Assembly: GCF_042660085.1 (NCBI RefSeq)
Contig: NZ_JBHSTI010000008.1
Coordinates: 2,025,604-2,057,603 of the forward strand
Reading direction: 5' to 3'
Origin: Longivirga aurantiaca
Lineage (GTDB): Bacteria > Actinomycetota > Actinomycetes > S36-B12 > CAIYMF01
DNA: 32,000 nt
The notes under the pieces are model-generated. The model made no database searches and had not been told where the DNA came from. It saw nothing but the letters and a program-made list of their open reading frames with translations. Shown here piece by piece: positions 6,840 to 16,366 of this stretch; position 1 is the first letter of the stretch, and each line of letters opens with the position of its first letter. The position numbers were made by a program, and so were the translations under genes.

Positions 6840-8012
6840 CTACGGGGTCCAGCCGGACACGAGGCCCTCGAGGTGGCTCGACTCGGCGAACGACCGCATC
6901 GAGGCGTTGCCGTCGGCGTACCACGTGAGCGTGGTGATCGAGGCGGGTGCGAGCTCCATGCGGTTCATCGACTGCAGGGGCGCACCGAGGGCCCGCGCGG
7001 TGAGCGCGCGGATCGACCCGACGTGCGCCGCCGCCACGATGCGCGCGCCGCGGTACTCCTCGAGCACGCCCGCGAGCGCCGCACCCACGCGGTCGTAGAC
7101 CTGCTGCAGGGACTCTCCCCCGGGCGGCGCGACCTGCGGCGACTCGAGCCATGCCGTCATCTCCGACGGCCACCGCGCCATCACCTCGGCGAAGGTGAGG
7201 CCGTCCCACTCGCCGAAGCGCGCCTCCTCGAGACCGGGTACGGCGACGGCCTCGGCACCGATGCGCCGGCCGATCACCGCCGCGGTCTGCCGGGTGCGCT
7301 GCATCGGCGAGCACAGCAGCACATCGGCGCCGCCGCGACGCTCGACCTCGAGGGCGGCAGCCTCGGCCTGCGCCACGCCCTGGTCGACCAGCGCCGGGTC
7401 GAACGGGCCGCCGCTGCCGGAGAAGCGGCGCTCGACCGAGTGCTGGGTGACGCCGTGCCGCACGATCAGCGTGACGGTCGGGGCACCGATGTCCGGTCCC
7501 CAGCCGACGATCGCGGGGCGCGGACCCGGCGGCACCGGATCGGCCTCGGCCTCGGTCTCGTACGCGTCCGCGACCAGGCGTCGGATCGTGCCGCTGCGCC
7601 CGCGCTCGACGGCGTCCATGGACTCGTTCGCGAGGGCGTCCGCGGCCTTGTTCTTCTCGCGCGGGACCCAGGTGAAGGTGACGCGGTCGCGCGGCATGAC
7701 ATCGCGCGCCTCGAGGGCGATGCGGCGCAGGGTCTCGTTCTTGATCGCCCAGCGGCCGCTCATCTGCTCGACGACGAGCTTGGAGTCCAGGCGCGCCTCG
7801 ACGTGCGCCTCCGGGTCGACCTCCATCGCCGCGCGCAGGCCCTCGAGCAGCCCGGTGTACTCCGCGACGTTGTTGGTGGTGTGCCCGAGGTGGTCGGCCA
7901 GCTCGACCAGCACCTCGCCCGTGGCCGCCTCGCGCACCACGGCGCCGTACGCCGCGGGCCCGGGGTTGCCGCGCGACCCGCCGTCGGCCTCGACGACGAG
8001 ACGGCGGTTCAC
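6840..8012 (-). CDS. Bifunctional RNase H / histidine (acid) phosphatase (Rv2228c-like)
   Basis: N-terminal RNase HI motifs (VVEADGGSRGNPGPAAYGAVV, TNNVAEYTGLLEGL). C-terminal histidine-phosphatase motif (LIVRHGVT...). The GTG start at 8012 overlaps the upstream stop (GTGA). Confidence 0.85.
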   Translation of the reverse strand: MNRRLVVEADGGSRGNPGPAAYGAVVREAATGEVLVELADHLGHTTNNVAEYTGLLEGLRAAMEVDPEAHVEARLDSKLVVEQMSGRWAIKNETLRRIALEARDVMPRDRVTFTWVPREKNKAADALANESMDAVERGRSGTIRRLVADAYETEAEADPVPPGPRPAIVGWGPDIGAPTVTLIVRHGVTQHSVERRFSGSGGPFDPALVDQGVAQAEAAALEVERRGGADVLLCSPMQRTRQTAAVIGRRIGAEAVAVPGLEEARFGEWDGLTFAEVMARWPSEMTAWLESPQVAPPGGESLQQVYDRVGAALAGVLEEYRGARIVAAAHVGSIRALTARALGAPLQSMNRMELAPASITTLTWYADGNASMRSFAESSHLEGLVSGWTP

Positions 8013-8752
8013 AGACCGGACTCCGGCGTGCGCACGAGGATCCGGCGGCACTCCTCGCAGCGCAGCACCTCGTCGGGCGCCGCCTCGCGGATGCGGCCGA
8101 TGTCGGTCGGCGTGAGCTCCATCCGGCAGCCCTCGCACCGGCGCTGGTGCAGCGCAGCAGCACCGACGCCGTTGTGGTCGGCGCGCAGCTTGTCGTAGAG
8201 GGCCAGCAGGTCGGCGGGGATATCGAGCAGCACCTTCGTGCGCTCGGAGCCGACCCACTCCTTGTCCCGGTCGCCCTCGGCCCACGCGGCGTCGCGCTCG
8301 GCCTTCAGCCGGTCGATCTCGGCCGTGATGCCGTCCCGCTCGGCGGTGACGGTGGCGAGGGCCGAACGGGCGTCCTCGAGCTTCTCCATCACCTCGAGCT
8401 CGGCGTCCTCGAGGTCGGACTGCCGACGGGAGAGCGACTCGACCTCGCGCTGAAGGTTCTCGAGCTCCTTCGCCGACCCCACGCGGCCCGAGAGCAGCAG
8501 CTCCTGGTCCTTGGCGGCGCGCTGGCGCACCTGCTCGACATCGGTCTCGGCCTTGGCCATCGCGCGCTCGAGGTCGCTGACCTCGGTCTCGCCCGCGACC
8601 ACGCGGTCGCGGACACCGGCGTACCGCGCCTCGAGCTCCGCGATCCGGGCGAGCTGCGGGAGCGTGCGGCGACGGTGCTCGATCTGGTCCAGACGGGCGT
8701 CGAGCGCCTGCAGGTCGAGCAGGCGGAGCTGGACGGCGGGCTCGGCGTTCAC
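8009..8752 (-). CDS. Coiled-coil protein with C-terminal C4 zinc ribbon (COG1579/Rv2229c-like)
   Basis: Long heptad-like N-terminal part, ending CEGCRMEL...LRCEECRRILV. Positioned between Nif3 and RNase H as in mycobacteria. Confidence 0.8.
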   Translation of the reverse strand: MNAEPAVQLRLLDLQALDARLDQIEHRRRTLPQLARIAELEARYAGVRDRVVAGETEVSDLERAMAKAETDVEQVRQRAAKDQELLLSGRVGSAKELENLQREVESLSRRQSDLEDAELEVMEKLEDARSALATVTAERDGITAEIDRLKAERDAAWAEGDRDKEWVGSERTKVLLDIPADLLALYDKLRADHNGVGAAALHQRRCEGCRMELTPTDIGRIREAAPDEVLRCEECRRILVRTPESGL

Positions 8753-8807
8753 CGGTCTCCTCGATGTTCTGGTGTCAGTGGTGCGGTCGCGCTGAAGCGG
8801 TGCGGTC

Positions 8808-9623
8808 CTACAGGCGTGCGGTCCACGGGTCGGTGACGATCTCCGACACGTGGGTGTCCACCGTAACGCCGACGGCCGCGAGGTCCGACACGAGCAGGGC
8901 GGCAGCGCGCGCCAGCCAGGGCCACTCCGAGGCCCAGTGGGCGACGTCGAGCAGCGCCGGACCTCCCGCGGCCAGGTGGTCGAGCGCCACGTGGTGCTTG
9001 AGGTCGGCGGTCAGGTACACATCGACGCCGGCTGCGGCGGCCGCCGCGAGGGCGTCGGAGCCCGAGCCGCCGCAGACGGCGACGCGGTGGACCGGCTGCG
9101 CCGGGTCTCCCGCCACACGGACGCCGTGCACGGTCGAGGGCAGCGCACCGAGCACGGTCGAGGCGAGACCGCCCAGCGTGGTGCCGCCGGGCACCGCGCC
9201 GATGCGGCCGAGCCCCGTCCGGCCGTCGGCCGCTGGCACCAGCGGCACGAGGTCGACGAGCCCGATGGTCACGGCGAGGGCGTCCGAGACGCCGTCGAGC
9301 GCGACGTCGGCGTTGGTGTGCGCCGCCAGGAGGGCGCAGCCCCCGCTGATCAGCCGGTGGACGACGCGGCCGGCGGGGTCGGTCGCCGCGACCGACGACA
9401 CGGGGCGCAGCAGGAGCGGGTGGTGCGTGACGAGCAGGTCGGCGCCCGCAGCGAGTGCCTCGTGCACGACCGCCTCGGTGGGGTCCACCGCGAAGTGGAC
9501 GCGACGCACGGGCGCTGCCGGGTCGCCGCACACGAGCCCGACCGCGTCCCACGCCTCGGCGCCGGCCGGGTCGTACCGCCGGTGCACGGCTGCGACGACG
9601 TCGGCGACGGTTGCGTGGTCCAT
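8808..9623 (-). CDS. Nif3-like dinuclear metal centre protein
   Basis: ATG 9623. Motifs WDAVGLVCGDP, VTHHPLL and LLAAHTNADV, plus a C-terminal DHxxxE-type tail, all typical of the NIF3/YbgI family. Confidence 0.9.
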   Translation of the reverse strand: MDHATVADVVAAVHRRYDPAGAEAWDAVGLVCGDPAAPVRRVHFAVDPTEAVVHEALAAGADLLVTHHPLLLRPVSSVAATDPAGRVVHRLISGGCALLAAHTNADVALDGVSDALAVTIGLVDLVPLVPAADGRTGLGRIGAVPGGTTLGGLASTVLGALPSTVHGVRVAGDPAQPVHRVAVCGGSGSDALAAAAAAGVDVYLTADLKHHVALDHLAAGGPALLDVAHWASEWPWLARAAALLVSDLAAVGVTVDTHVSEIVTDPWTARL

Positions 9624-9761
9624 GCCCGGAGCCTACGAGGCGCCGGAGCCTCGTGACGCGACCCACGTGCCTCCCAGGATCCGGCGTGGGAATGCGGACG
9701 CCGGGTGCTCGCGTTCTGGCAGGTGCGGCACCACCGCCGACACGGACCGAGGAGCAGTGCA

Positions 9762-10139
9762 GTGGCATCGATCGAGCTGACGGGTGAGGTCTTCGACGAC
9801 ACCGTCACGGGCAACGACATCGTGTTCGTCGACTTCTGGGCCGAGTGGTGCGGCCCGTGCCGCAACTTCGCCCCGGTCTTCGAGAAGGCCTCCGAGGCCC
9901 ACCCCGACATCGTGTTCGGCAAGGTCGACACCGAGGCCGAGCAGGCGCTCGCAGGCGCCGCCGGCATCTCCTCGATCCCCACGCTCATGGCCTTCCGCGA
10001 GGGCGTGATGCTCTACTCGCAGCCCGGCGCCCTGCGCGACGAGCAGCTCGAGCAGCTGATCAGCGCCGTCAAGAACGTGGACATGACCGAGGTGCACGCG
10101 CAGATCGCAGCGCAGAAGGCCGCCGCCACCGAGGCCTGA
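9762..10139 (+). CDS. Thioredoxin
   Basis: FWAEWCGPCR active site. GTG 9762 is preceded by GGAG at 7 nt. The track's upstream extension lacks coding character. Confidence 0.85.
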   Translation: MASIELTGEVFDDTVTGNDIVFVDFWAEWCGPCRNFAPVFEKASEAHPDIVFGKVDTEAEQALAGAAGISSIPTLMAFREGVMLYSQPGALRDEQLEQLISAVKNVDMTEVHAQIAAQKAAATEA

Positions 10140-10149
10140 GCAGCACGAC

Positions 10150-10187
10150 GAAGGCCCCGGACGTCCTCGCGGACGTCCGGGGCCTTC
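10150..10187. terminator. Bidirectional 17-bp stem hairpin (GAAGGCCCCGGACGTCC / GGACGTCCGGGGCCTTC)
   Basis: Perfect inverted repeat with a 4-nt loop, between convergent thioredoxin and helicase genes. Confidence 0.8.
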
Positions 10188-10199
10188 GTGCTGATCAGG

Positions 10200-11768
10200 T
10201 CAGCGGCTGCGACGACCGGCGCCGGCCGAGAACTCCGAGACCGAGCGGCGGGGAGCCGCGCCGGCCGAGGAGCCGCCGCGCGAGCTGCGCTGGCCGCCCT
10301 GCCCCGACGACGACTTCGGCGCCGACGACGACCGCTGGCTGCGCTGCCCGCCGCCGTTGCCGCCGCCGTTGCGCGAGCGACCGCCCCCGCCGGTGCCGCC
10401 GCCGCTGCGCGAGCGGCCGCCGGACGACGGCTCCTCACGACGGGCGACGGGCTGGACGAACGCGGCACGCGGGCCGGTCAGCTCGAGCAGCTCGGGCGAG
10501 CCGGGCTGCACCGAGGACAGGTTCGGCCGGATGCCCGCCTTGCGCGTCATCTGCGTGACGTCGCCGCGCTGCGCCGAGGTCTGCAGGGTGACGACGACGC
10601 CGGAGGCGCCCGCGCGGGCGGTGCGGCCCGAGCGGTGGAGGTACGCCTTGTGCTCGGTCGGCGGGTCGACGTGCACCACGAGCGCGATGTCGTCGACGTG
10701 GATGCCGCGAGCGGCGACGTCGGTCGCGACGAGCACCTTGACCTCGCCGCTGCGGAACGCCTCGAGGTTCCGGGTGCGTGCGTTCTGCGCGAGGTTGCCG
10801 TGCAGGTCGACCGCAGGGACACCGGCGAGGGTGAGGTCGCGGGCGAGCTTCTTGGCGCCGTGCTTGGTGCGCATGAAGAGCACCGACCGGCTCTCGCCGG
10901 ACGCGAGCTCGTGCACGACCGCGGGCTTGTCCCCGGCGGTCACGGTGAGCACGTGGTGCTCCATGTCGGGCTCGGTGCGCGCGTCGTCGTCGACCGAGTG
11001 CGTGACCGGGTTCGACAGGTAGCGGCGCACCAGCACGTCGACGCCGTTGTCGAGCGTGGCGGAGAACAGCAGCCGCTGGCCGTCGGACGGCGTGGTGTCC
11101 ATGATCCGGCGTACGCCGGGGAGGAAGCCGAGGTCGGCCATGTGGTCGGCCTCGTCGAGCACGGTGACCGAGACGTCGTCGAGGGTGACGTGGCCCTGAC
11201 GCATGAGGTCCTCGAGCCGGCCGGGGCACGCGACGACGATGTCGGCGCCGCGCTGCAGCGCCTTCACCTGGCCGCCCTGGCCCACGCCGCCGTAGATGGT
11301 CATGGTCGAGAGCCCAGCCGCCTCGGCCAGGGGCACGAGCGTGTCGTGGACCTGCGTGGCGAGCTCGCGGGTGGGGAGCAGGACGAGGGCGCGCGGGCGC
11401 CCACGGGTGGCGCGGCGACGCTCGGTCACGAGGCGCGCCACGAGCGGCAGCGCGAACGCGATGGTCTTGCCGCTGCCCGTACGGCCGCGGCCGAGGACGT
11501 CGCGGCCCGACAGCGAGTCGGGCAGCGTCGCGGACTGGATCGGGAACGCCGACTCGATGCCCTGCTTGGCGAGGACGTCGACGAGGTTCTGCGGCACGCC
11601 GAGCACGGCGAAGTCGGTGCTGGCGGCCGCGTGGGCGGCGGTCGGCTCGACGACGGGCGCTGCCTTGTTGGGCAGGCCGGTGCTCGGGTTGGTGCCCTTG
11701 GTGCCGTTGGTGCGGCGGCGCGGCCTGTCGCGGCGCGCGTCGTCGCGGGTGTTCGTGGTGATGGTCAT
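10200..11768 (-). CDS. DEAD-box ATP-dependent RNA helicase with RGG/Ser-rich basic C-terminal tail
   Basis: Motifs AFPIQ, GRGRTGSGKT, PTRELA, LDEADHM, SAT and HRSGRTARAG. ATG 11768 after GGAAGG. Confidence 0.9.
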   Translation of the reverse strand: MTITTNTRDDARRDRPRRRTNGTKGTNPSTGLPNKAAPVVEPTAAHAAASTDFAVLGVPQNLVDVLAKQGIESAFPIQSATLPDSLSGRDVLGRGRTGSGKTIAFALPLVARLVTERRRATRGRPRALVLLPTRELATQVHDTLVPLAEAAGLSTMTIYGGVGQGGQVKALQRGADIVVACPGRLEDLMRQGHVTLDDVSVTVLDEADHMADLGFLPGVRRIMDTTPSDGQRLLFSATLDNGVDVLVRRYLSNPVTHSVDDDARTEPDMEHHVLTVTAGDKPAVVHELASGESRSVLFMRTKHGAKKLARDLTLAGVPAVDLHGNLAQNARTRNLEAFRSGEVKVLVATDVAARGIHVDDIALVVHVDPPTEHKAYLHRSGRTARAGASGVVVTLQTSAQRGDVTQMTRKAGIRPNLSSVQPGSPELLELTGPRAAFVQPVARREEPSSGGRSRSGGGTGGGGRSRNGGGNGGGQRSQRSSSAPKSSSGQGGQRSSRGGSSAGAAPRRSVSEFSAGAGRRSR

Positions 11769-12113
11769 GGGACCTTCCGGATCGTGGTGGTCACCCGCAA
11801 GACAGCGCGCAGCACGCTCGGGAGGAGCGAGGGCGCAAAGGGTTGCGTCGTCGGTGACCGTGGTGCGTTCCCGTGCGGGTGCACCGCAACCGGTCACTGG
11901 GCCGGAGGCTCGGGGCGCTGCGCTGTTGGAGCGCGTCCCCGTCGTGAGAAGGAATTCGCCGCGGGGTCAGTGCCACCCGGAGCTCGGCGAGATGTGACCA
12001 GGGTACCGGAGTTCCGAGGCGACCCCGACCACCGACGCGCGGCGAGGGTGACGTGATCGTCATGACCGCCCCATGACGGCACGGAGGGTTCATGATGTCC
12101 GCGGGGGACGAGG

Positions 12114-12965
12114 ATGGGTGTGCCGATGAGGCCCAACCGGCCGACGCGGGCCGCCCTGCGGCTCGCCGCGGGCTACTTCGCGGTGTCCGTGGCGTGGATC
12201 CTGCTCTCCGACCGCTTCGCGCGCAGGCTCGCGTTCGGCAACGAGGACGCCGAGCGCTACCTGCAGTCGCTCAAGGGCCTCGGCTTCGTCGCGATCACGT
12301 CGATCGGGCTGTTCCTCGTCGCGCTCCGCTACCTGCGCCGGGTCGAGGACTCGACCGATCGCCTGCGATCGGCGTACGACGAGACCCTCGCCGGCTGGGC
12401 GTCCGCGCTCGACATCCGCGACCGCTCGACGGCGCAGCACACCGAGCGCGTCACGCGCCGCACGGTGGCGCTGGCACGGCAGTTCGGGTTCGAGGGCAGG
12501 GCGCTCGACGACGTGCGTCGAGGAGCGACGCTGCACGACATCGGGAAGATGGGCGTGCCCGACGACGTCCTCGGCAAGAAGGGCCCGCTCACCGACGACG
12601 AGTGGGTGCAGATGCGACGGCATCCCGAGCTCGCCGTCCAGATGCTCCAGGGCATCGAGTACCTCCGCCCTGCGCTGACGATCCCCCTGTGCCATCACGA
12701 GAAGTGGGACGGCAGCGGATACCCGGCGGGCCTCGTGCGCGAGCAGATCCCGCTCGAGGCGCGGCTGTTCGCCGTGGTCGACGTGTACGACGCCATCACC
12801 TCGGTGCGGCCGTACCGCCAGCCGATGCAGGCCGACGAGGCGCGGGCCACCATCGAGGCCGGCTCGGGCACCCACTTCGATCCGGACGTGGTCGTGGCCT
12901 TGCTCGCACTCGTCGACGCCGAGAACCGCGCGGAGGCAGGGCGAGGGCCCGCCACCCCCCAGTAG
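12114..12965 (+). CDS. Membrane-anchored HD-GYP domain protein (putative cyclic-di-GMP phosphodiesterase)
   Basis: Two N-terminal hydrophobic helices, then the HD domain (HTERV...LHDIGK...) and HHEKWDGSGYP. Confidence 0.85.
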   Translation: MGVPMRPNRPTRAALRLAAGYFAVSVAWILLSDRFARRLAFGNEDAERYLQSLKGLGFVAITSIGLFLVALRYLRRVEDSTDRLRSAYDETLAGWASALDIRDRSTAQHTERVTRRTVALARQFGFEGRALDDVRRGATLHDIGKMGVPDDVLGKKGPLTDDEWVQMRRHPELAVQMLQGIEYLRPALTIPLCHHEKWDGSGYPAGLVREQIPLEARLFAVVDVYDAITSVRPYRQPMQADEARATIEAGSGTHFDPDVVVALLALVDAENRAEAGRGPATPQ

Positions 12966-13268
12966 GTGACGGGCCCTCGAGCGGGTGACGAGCACCGCTC
13001 CGAGGAGCAGTCCGGCTCGCAGGTCACCCGAGCCTTGACCCGGCCTGCGATCGGCCGGGCAGAAGAACCATCTCCCGGCGATGTGAACAGTCCGTTTCGT
13101 CCCTGATGCGTCGAGGTCAACCTTTTCCGCCCCTGCGCGAAGGAGGGCGGACGAACCACGACGAGGTGGGCGCACAGGTCCCTGCTGCGCATCGCAGGCT
13201 CGTCCAGCCGAGCCAGCCCTGCGCTCAGATGCGCACCGGGGGCCCACAGCCCGTCTGCGCCAGACGTG

Positions 13269-13299
13269 CGTGGCCCGGACCCTGCGGGCCCGGGCCACG
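13269..13299 (-). terminator. 10-bp GC stem hairpin directly downstream of tRNA-Val
   Basis: CGTGGCCCGG / CCGGGCCACG with an 11-nt loop, 8 nt after the tRNA 3' end on the minus strand. Confidence 0.5.
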
Positions 13300-13306
13300 A
13301 TCGACG

Positions 13307-13380
13307 TGGGCGCAAAGGGACTCGAACCCCTGACCCCCTCCTTGTAAGGGAGGTGCTCTAACCAGCTGAGCTATGCGCCC
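13307..13380 (-). tRNA. tRNA-Val (anticodon UAC), no encoded CCA
   Basis: The minus strand GGGCGCATAGCTCAGCTGGTTAGAGCACCTCCCTTACAAGGAGGGGGTCAGGGGTTCGAGTCCCTTTGCGCCCA folds as a cloverleaf: 7-bp acceptor, GCTC/GAGC D stem, CCTCC/GGAGG anticodon stem with loop CTTACAA, and a GTTCGAGTC T loop. Confidence 0.95.
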
Positions 13381-13564
13381 GGATGCCGGCGACGTGCGCC
13401 GATCCGACGGGCGAGGGTACCGAAACGGGCGGTCGGCCACGAAACCTGCGCACCTGGTCCGGACGTGGGACAACCGCGTCGGGGGGTTCTCGGGCCACCT
13501 CCGACGCGGCTGCCGGGACGATCCTGCGACCGATCGGGCCGACCCGCATCTCGAGCCCTCAGGC

Positions 13565-13653
13565 CTTGCCTCGCCGATGGGGGAGACGGACTTTCGTGCG
13601 GTTTCGGGCTGTTGGCCATACCGTGCTGGCTGCGCTGGGCGCGCGCGGTCCTG
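13565..13653 (+). repeat. 89-bp inverted-repeat element, left copy
   Basis: Matches the reverse complement of 16505-16593 at 87/89 positions by hand alignment. Confidence 0.9.
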
Positions 13654-13834
13654 CACTCGGCATCACGCTCGCGCGCCTCACCGCGTTCGAGACCGGTGCC
13701 GCGCCCCCGGCTCACGGAGATCATCAAGCTCGCCGCGAGCGGGCTGTGGTGTCCAACAAGCGGATCGGCGATTCCGGCACCGGGCAACGGTCCAGGGCCT
13801 AACCTCCCCACGGGGGCTCGTCCGGGGAGGGACC

Positions 13835-16366
13835 ATGCGCTGGACCACTGTGGTGGTGCGGGGGGCTGTCGCGGCGGTGGTTCTGGCCGCGGCCTGGCAG
13901 CCAGTCGCCGCACAGGCCGCGACGTTCACCATCAGTTGCCTGAGCAACCCGGTGCTGAGGAACATCGCGCTCATCGACGCGTTGGAGAAGGCCAACGACG
14001 AGGTGTCCTACCCCGGTGCGGACACTGTCGTGCTGCCCGCCGGCTGCCACTACCTGTTCGACCAGGATTACGGCGACTCCGGCGGCATCCTGCCGCCGAT
14101 CACCGCGGCAGTGACCATCGACGGGAACGGGTCCACGATCGAGAGGCAGGATCCGGACACCGGCACCGGTGATGGGGGCCGGTTCCTCACGATCAAGTCG
14201 ACCGGCGACCTGGTGGTCGGCGATCTGACGCTGCTCAACGGGGCAGGTAGCGACGGCGGGTTCATCGGCAACAGCGGACAGCTGATCGCCAGCGACCTTG
14301 TCCTTGAGGACTCGGCGTACGGGAACAACGACTCGGCGCTGCACAACTGGGGCACCGCCTACGTGCAGCGAACCACGTTCACCAACACCGACTTGTTCGG
14401 GATCGCCGCCCTCGGAGGCGGCGTCTACAACGAGGGTGGGGCGCACCTGACCGTCGTGGACTCCTTGTTCCAGTTCAACACCGCGGACGCCCCGACCGGC
14501 GTGCCGCAAGTGGGCGGGGCGCTGTTCAACGAGCCGCTCGGCTACGTGGAGATCTACGGCACGACGTTCGACCGCAACTACGCCGGAGGTACCGGCGGTG
14601 CGATCTACAACGCCGGGGACCTGCGCATCCACGGGAGCACGTTCACCGGGAACGGTTCCAACTTCGGCGCCGCGATCGACAACTCCGCGGATCTGACCGT
14701 CGATACCAGCTACTTCGGGCAGAACGCTGCAGGCATCCAGGGCGGTGCCATCAACAGCACCGGGCTGGGCACGCTGATGAACGTCACCAACAGCACCTTC
14801 TACCGGAACAGCGCGAACAGCGGGAACGGCAAGGGCGGCGCGATCGCGAACGGGTTCTCCTTCGTTGGCGAGGCGCTCACCTTCGACGGGAACAAGGGCG
14901 TCGGTGCGTCGGTGTGGACAGGGGAGAACGCCGTCTCGAGGCTGGAGTCCTCCATCTTGGGCGGGACCGTCACGCAGTGCGCCGGTGACGGCACGACCAA
15001 CGACTTCGGGGGGAACCTGGTCCAGAGCAGCGCCTACGGCTGCCCGGACACGTTCCTGGTCGGCGACCCTGTGCTGAGCTCGCCGGCGGCGCATGGCAGC
15101 ACCGCGCCGCTGACCGTGGCGCTGGGTGCCGGCAGCGCCGCCGTGGACCGCATCTCTAGCGGCTGCACGAGCACCGACCAGCGGGGCAAGCCACGCCCAG
15201 CCGACGCGTGCGACATCGGCGCCTACGAGAACCAGGCTCCGTCCGCGCCGGGCACGCCGCTCGTCACGCCGTCCACCAACCCGACCCGGACCGGCGCGTT
15301 CCAGCTGTCCTGGTCGGCCGCCAGCGACCCGGACGGCACGGCTCCGTGCTACAGCGTGCAGCGCAAGGACACCGACGACTCCGCCTTCACGCAGATCGCC
15401 TCGACCTGCGCGCTGTCGACCGGGTTCAGCGCCATCACCGCGCAAGCTGAGGGCCGGGTGCAGTACCGGATCAGCGCCACCGACGGCCTGACCACCGCGA
15501 CGGGGTCCACCTCCAGCGTCCTCGTCATCGACCGCACCGCGCCGTCCGACCCGACACTGACGCCCGACAGGGTTGCCGAGTACTCGCCGGCAGCCGGTGA
15601 CGCGTGGTGGGCTGACACGCTGACCGTGACCGCGGCAGGCTCGTCCGACCCGGCCCTGGCCGACGGCAGCGCCGGCACCGGCATCGCCGGTTACACCGAC
15701 CCCCAGACGCTCACCGCGACCGGCGCCACCGTGGTGTCCGGCACGGCCACCGACGGCGCCGGCAACACCAGCACCAGCCAGGCCGCGTTCCGCGTCGACG
15801 CGTCTGCGCCGGTTGTCGCCTACGGCGCGTGCCCCGCGACCCGGCTGAAGGGCCAGGCTCTGACCCTGGCGTGGTCCGCAACCGACGCCGGCGCGGGGCT
15901 CGCCACGTCGAGCACCGGCACGCAGGTCGTGGACGTCGATGTCGTCGGTGAGAAGACCTACCAGGCCAGCGCCACCGACCTGGTAGGGCACACAACCGTC
16001 GCCACCTGCACCGTCCGCGTCGTCTACGACTACAAGGGCCCGTTCTCCCCGCTGTCGGCCACCGGGTACGCCACGGTCACGGCCGGACGAGTCGTCCCGG
16101 TGCAGTTCAGCCTCGCCGGCAACCAGGGCCTCGGCGTGCTCACCGGCGGCAACGCGCAGTCCGCGCCCGTCACGTGCGGCACGACTCCAGCTCTGACCAG
16201 CGGCACGGCAACGTCTCCCACCAAGGCCGGGCTCACGTACGACACCAAGACGGGGCTGTACACGTACAGCTGGAAGACCGCCAGCGCCTGGGCCGGGAGC
16301 TGCCGCGTGCTGATCCTGCCGCTCAACGACGGCACGATGCACCGCTCCTACGTCCAGTTCAAGTGA
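13835..16366 (+). CDS. Large secreted right-handed beta-helix protein (PMP/'choice-of-anchor Q'-like repeats, Ig/FN3-like domains, C-terminal PxKF-like domain)
   Basis: ATG 13835 after GGGGAGG. Signal peptide ...AAWQPVAAQA/A. Repeated GGAIxN / FxxN beta-helix motifs ending TDQRGKPRP..CDIGAYE. DRTAP/DASAP Ig-like junctions. C-terminus AGRVVPVQFSL..GNQGLGVL...YTYSWKT..W.GSCR. Confidence 0.85.
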   Translation: MRWTTVVVRGAVAAVVLAAAWQPVAAQAATFTISCLSNPVLRNIALIDALEKANDEVSYPGADTVVLPAGCHYLFDQDYGDSGGILPPITAAVTIDGNGSTIERQDPDTGTGDGGRFLTIKSTGDLVVGDLTLLNGAGSDGGFIGNSGQLIASDLVLEDSAYGNNDSALHNWGTAYVQRTTFTNTDLFGIAALGGGVYNEGGAHLTVVDSLFQFNTADAPTGVPQVGGALFNEPLGYVEIYGTTFDRNYAGGTGGAIYNAGDLRIHGSTFTGNGSNFGAAIDNSADLTVDTSYFGQNAAGIQGGAINSTGLGTLMNVTNSTFYRNSANSGNGKGGAIANGFSFVGEALTFDGNKGVGASVWTGENAVSRLESSILGGTVTQCAGDGTTNDFGGNLVQSSAYGCPDTFLVGDPVLSSPAAHGSTAPLTVALGAGSAAVDRISSGCTSTDQRGKPRPADACDIGAYENQAPSAPGTPLVTPSTNPTRTGAFQLSWSAASDPDGTAPCYSVQRKDTDDSAFTQIASTCALSTGFSAITAQAEGRVQYRISATDGLTTATGSTSSVLVIDRTAPSDPTLTPDRVAEYSPAAGDAWWADTLTVTAAGSSDPALADGSAGTGIAGYTDPQTLTATGATVVSGTATDGAGNTSTSQAAFRVDASAPVVAYGACPATRLKGQALTLAWSATDAGAGLATSSTGTQVVDVDVVGEKTYQASATDLVGHTTVATCTVRVVYDYKGPFSPLSATGYATVTAGRVVPVQFSLAGNQGLGVLTGGNAQSAPVTCGTTPALTSGTATSPTKAGLTYDTKTGLYTYSWKTASAWAGSCRVLILPLNDGTMHRSYVQFK

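Noticed and set aside
8009-8012. GTGA/TGATG start-stop overlaps (8009-8012, 25304-25307, 27982-27986) as something unusual
   Set aside because: This is ordinary translational coupling in actinobacterial operons. I used it only as support for the start-site choices.
5995-8163. 722-aa ORF on the minus strand, plus similar giants at 6069-8198 (+), 10188-12056 (+), 13799-16384 (-), 18875-22345 (-), 26305-27954 (-) and 27501-29393 (-)
   Set aside because: Their translations are Arg/Ala/Pro/Gly-rich and low-complexity. They overlap genes with clear motifs in another frame or strand. They are classic high-GC shadow ORFs with no coding signature of their own.
13565-13653. Identity of the 89-nt repeat with 5S rRNA, SRP RNA, tmRNA or a tRNA fragment
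   Set aside because: Only a short CGCCGATGG match to the 5S consensus was seen. None of the diagnostic motifs of these RNAs are present.
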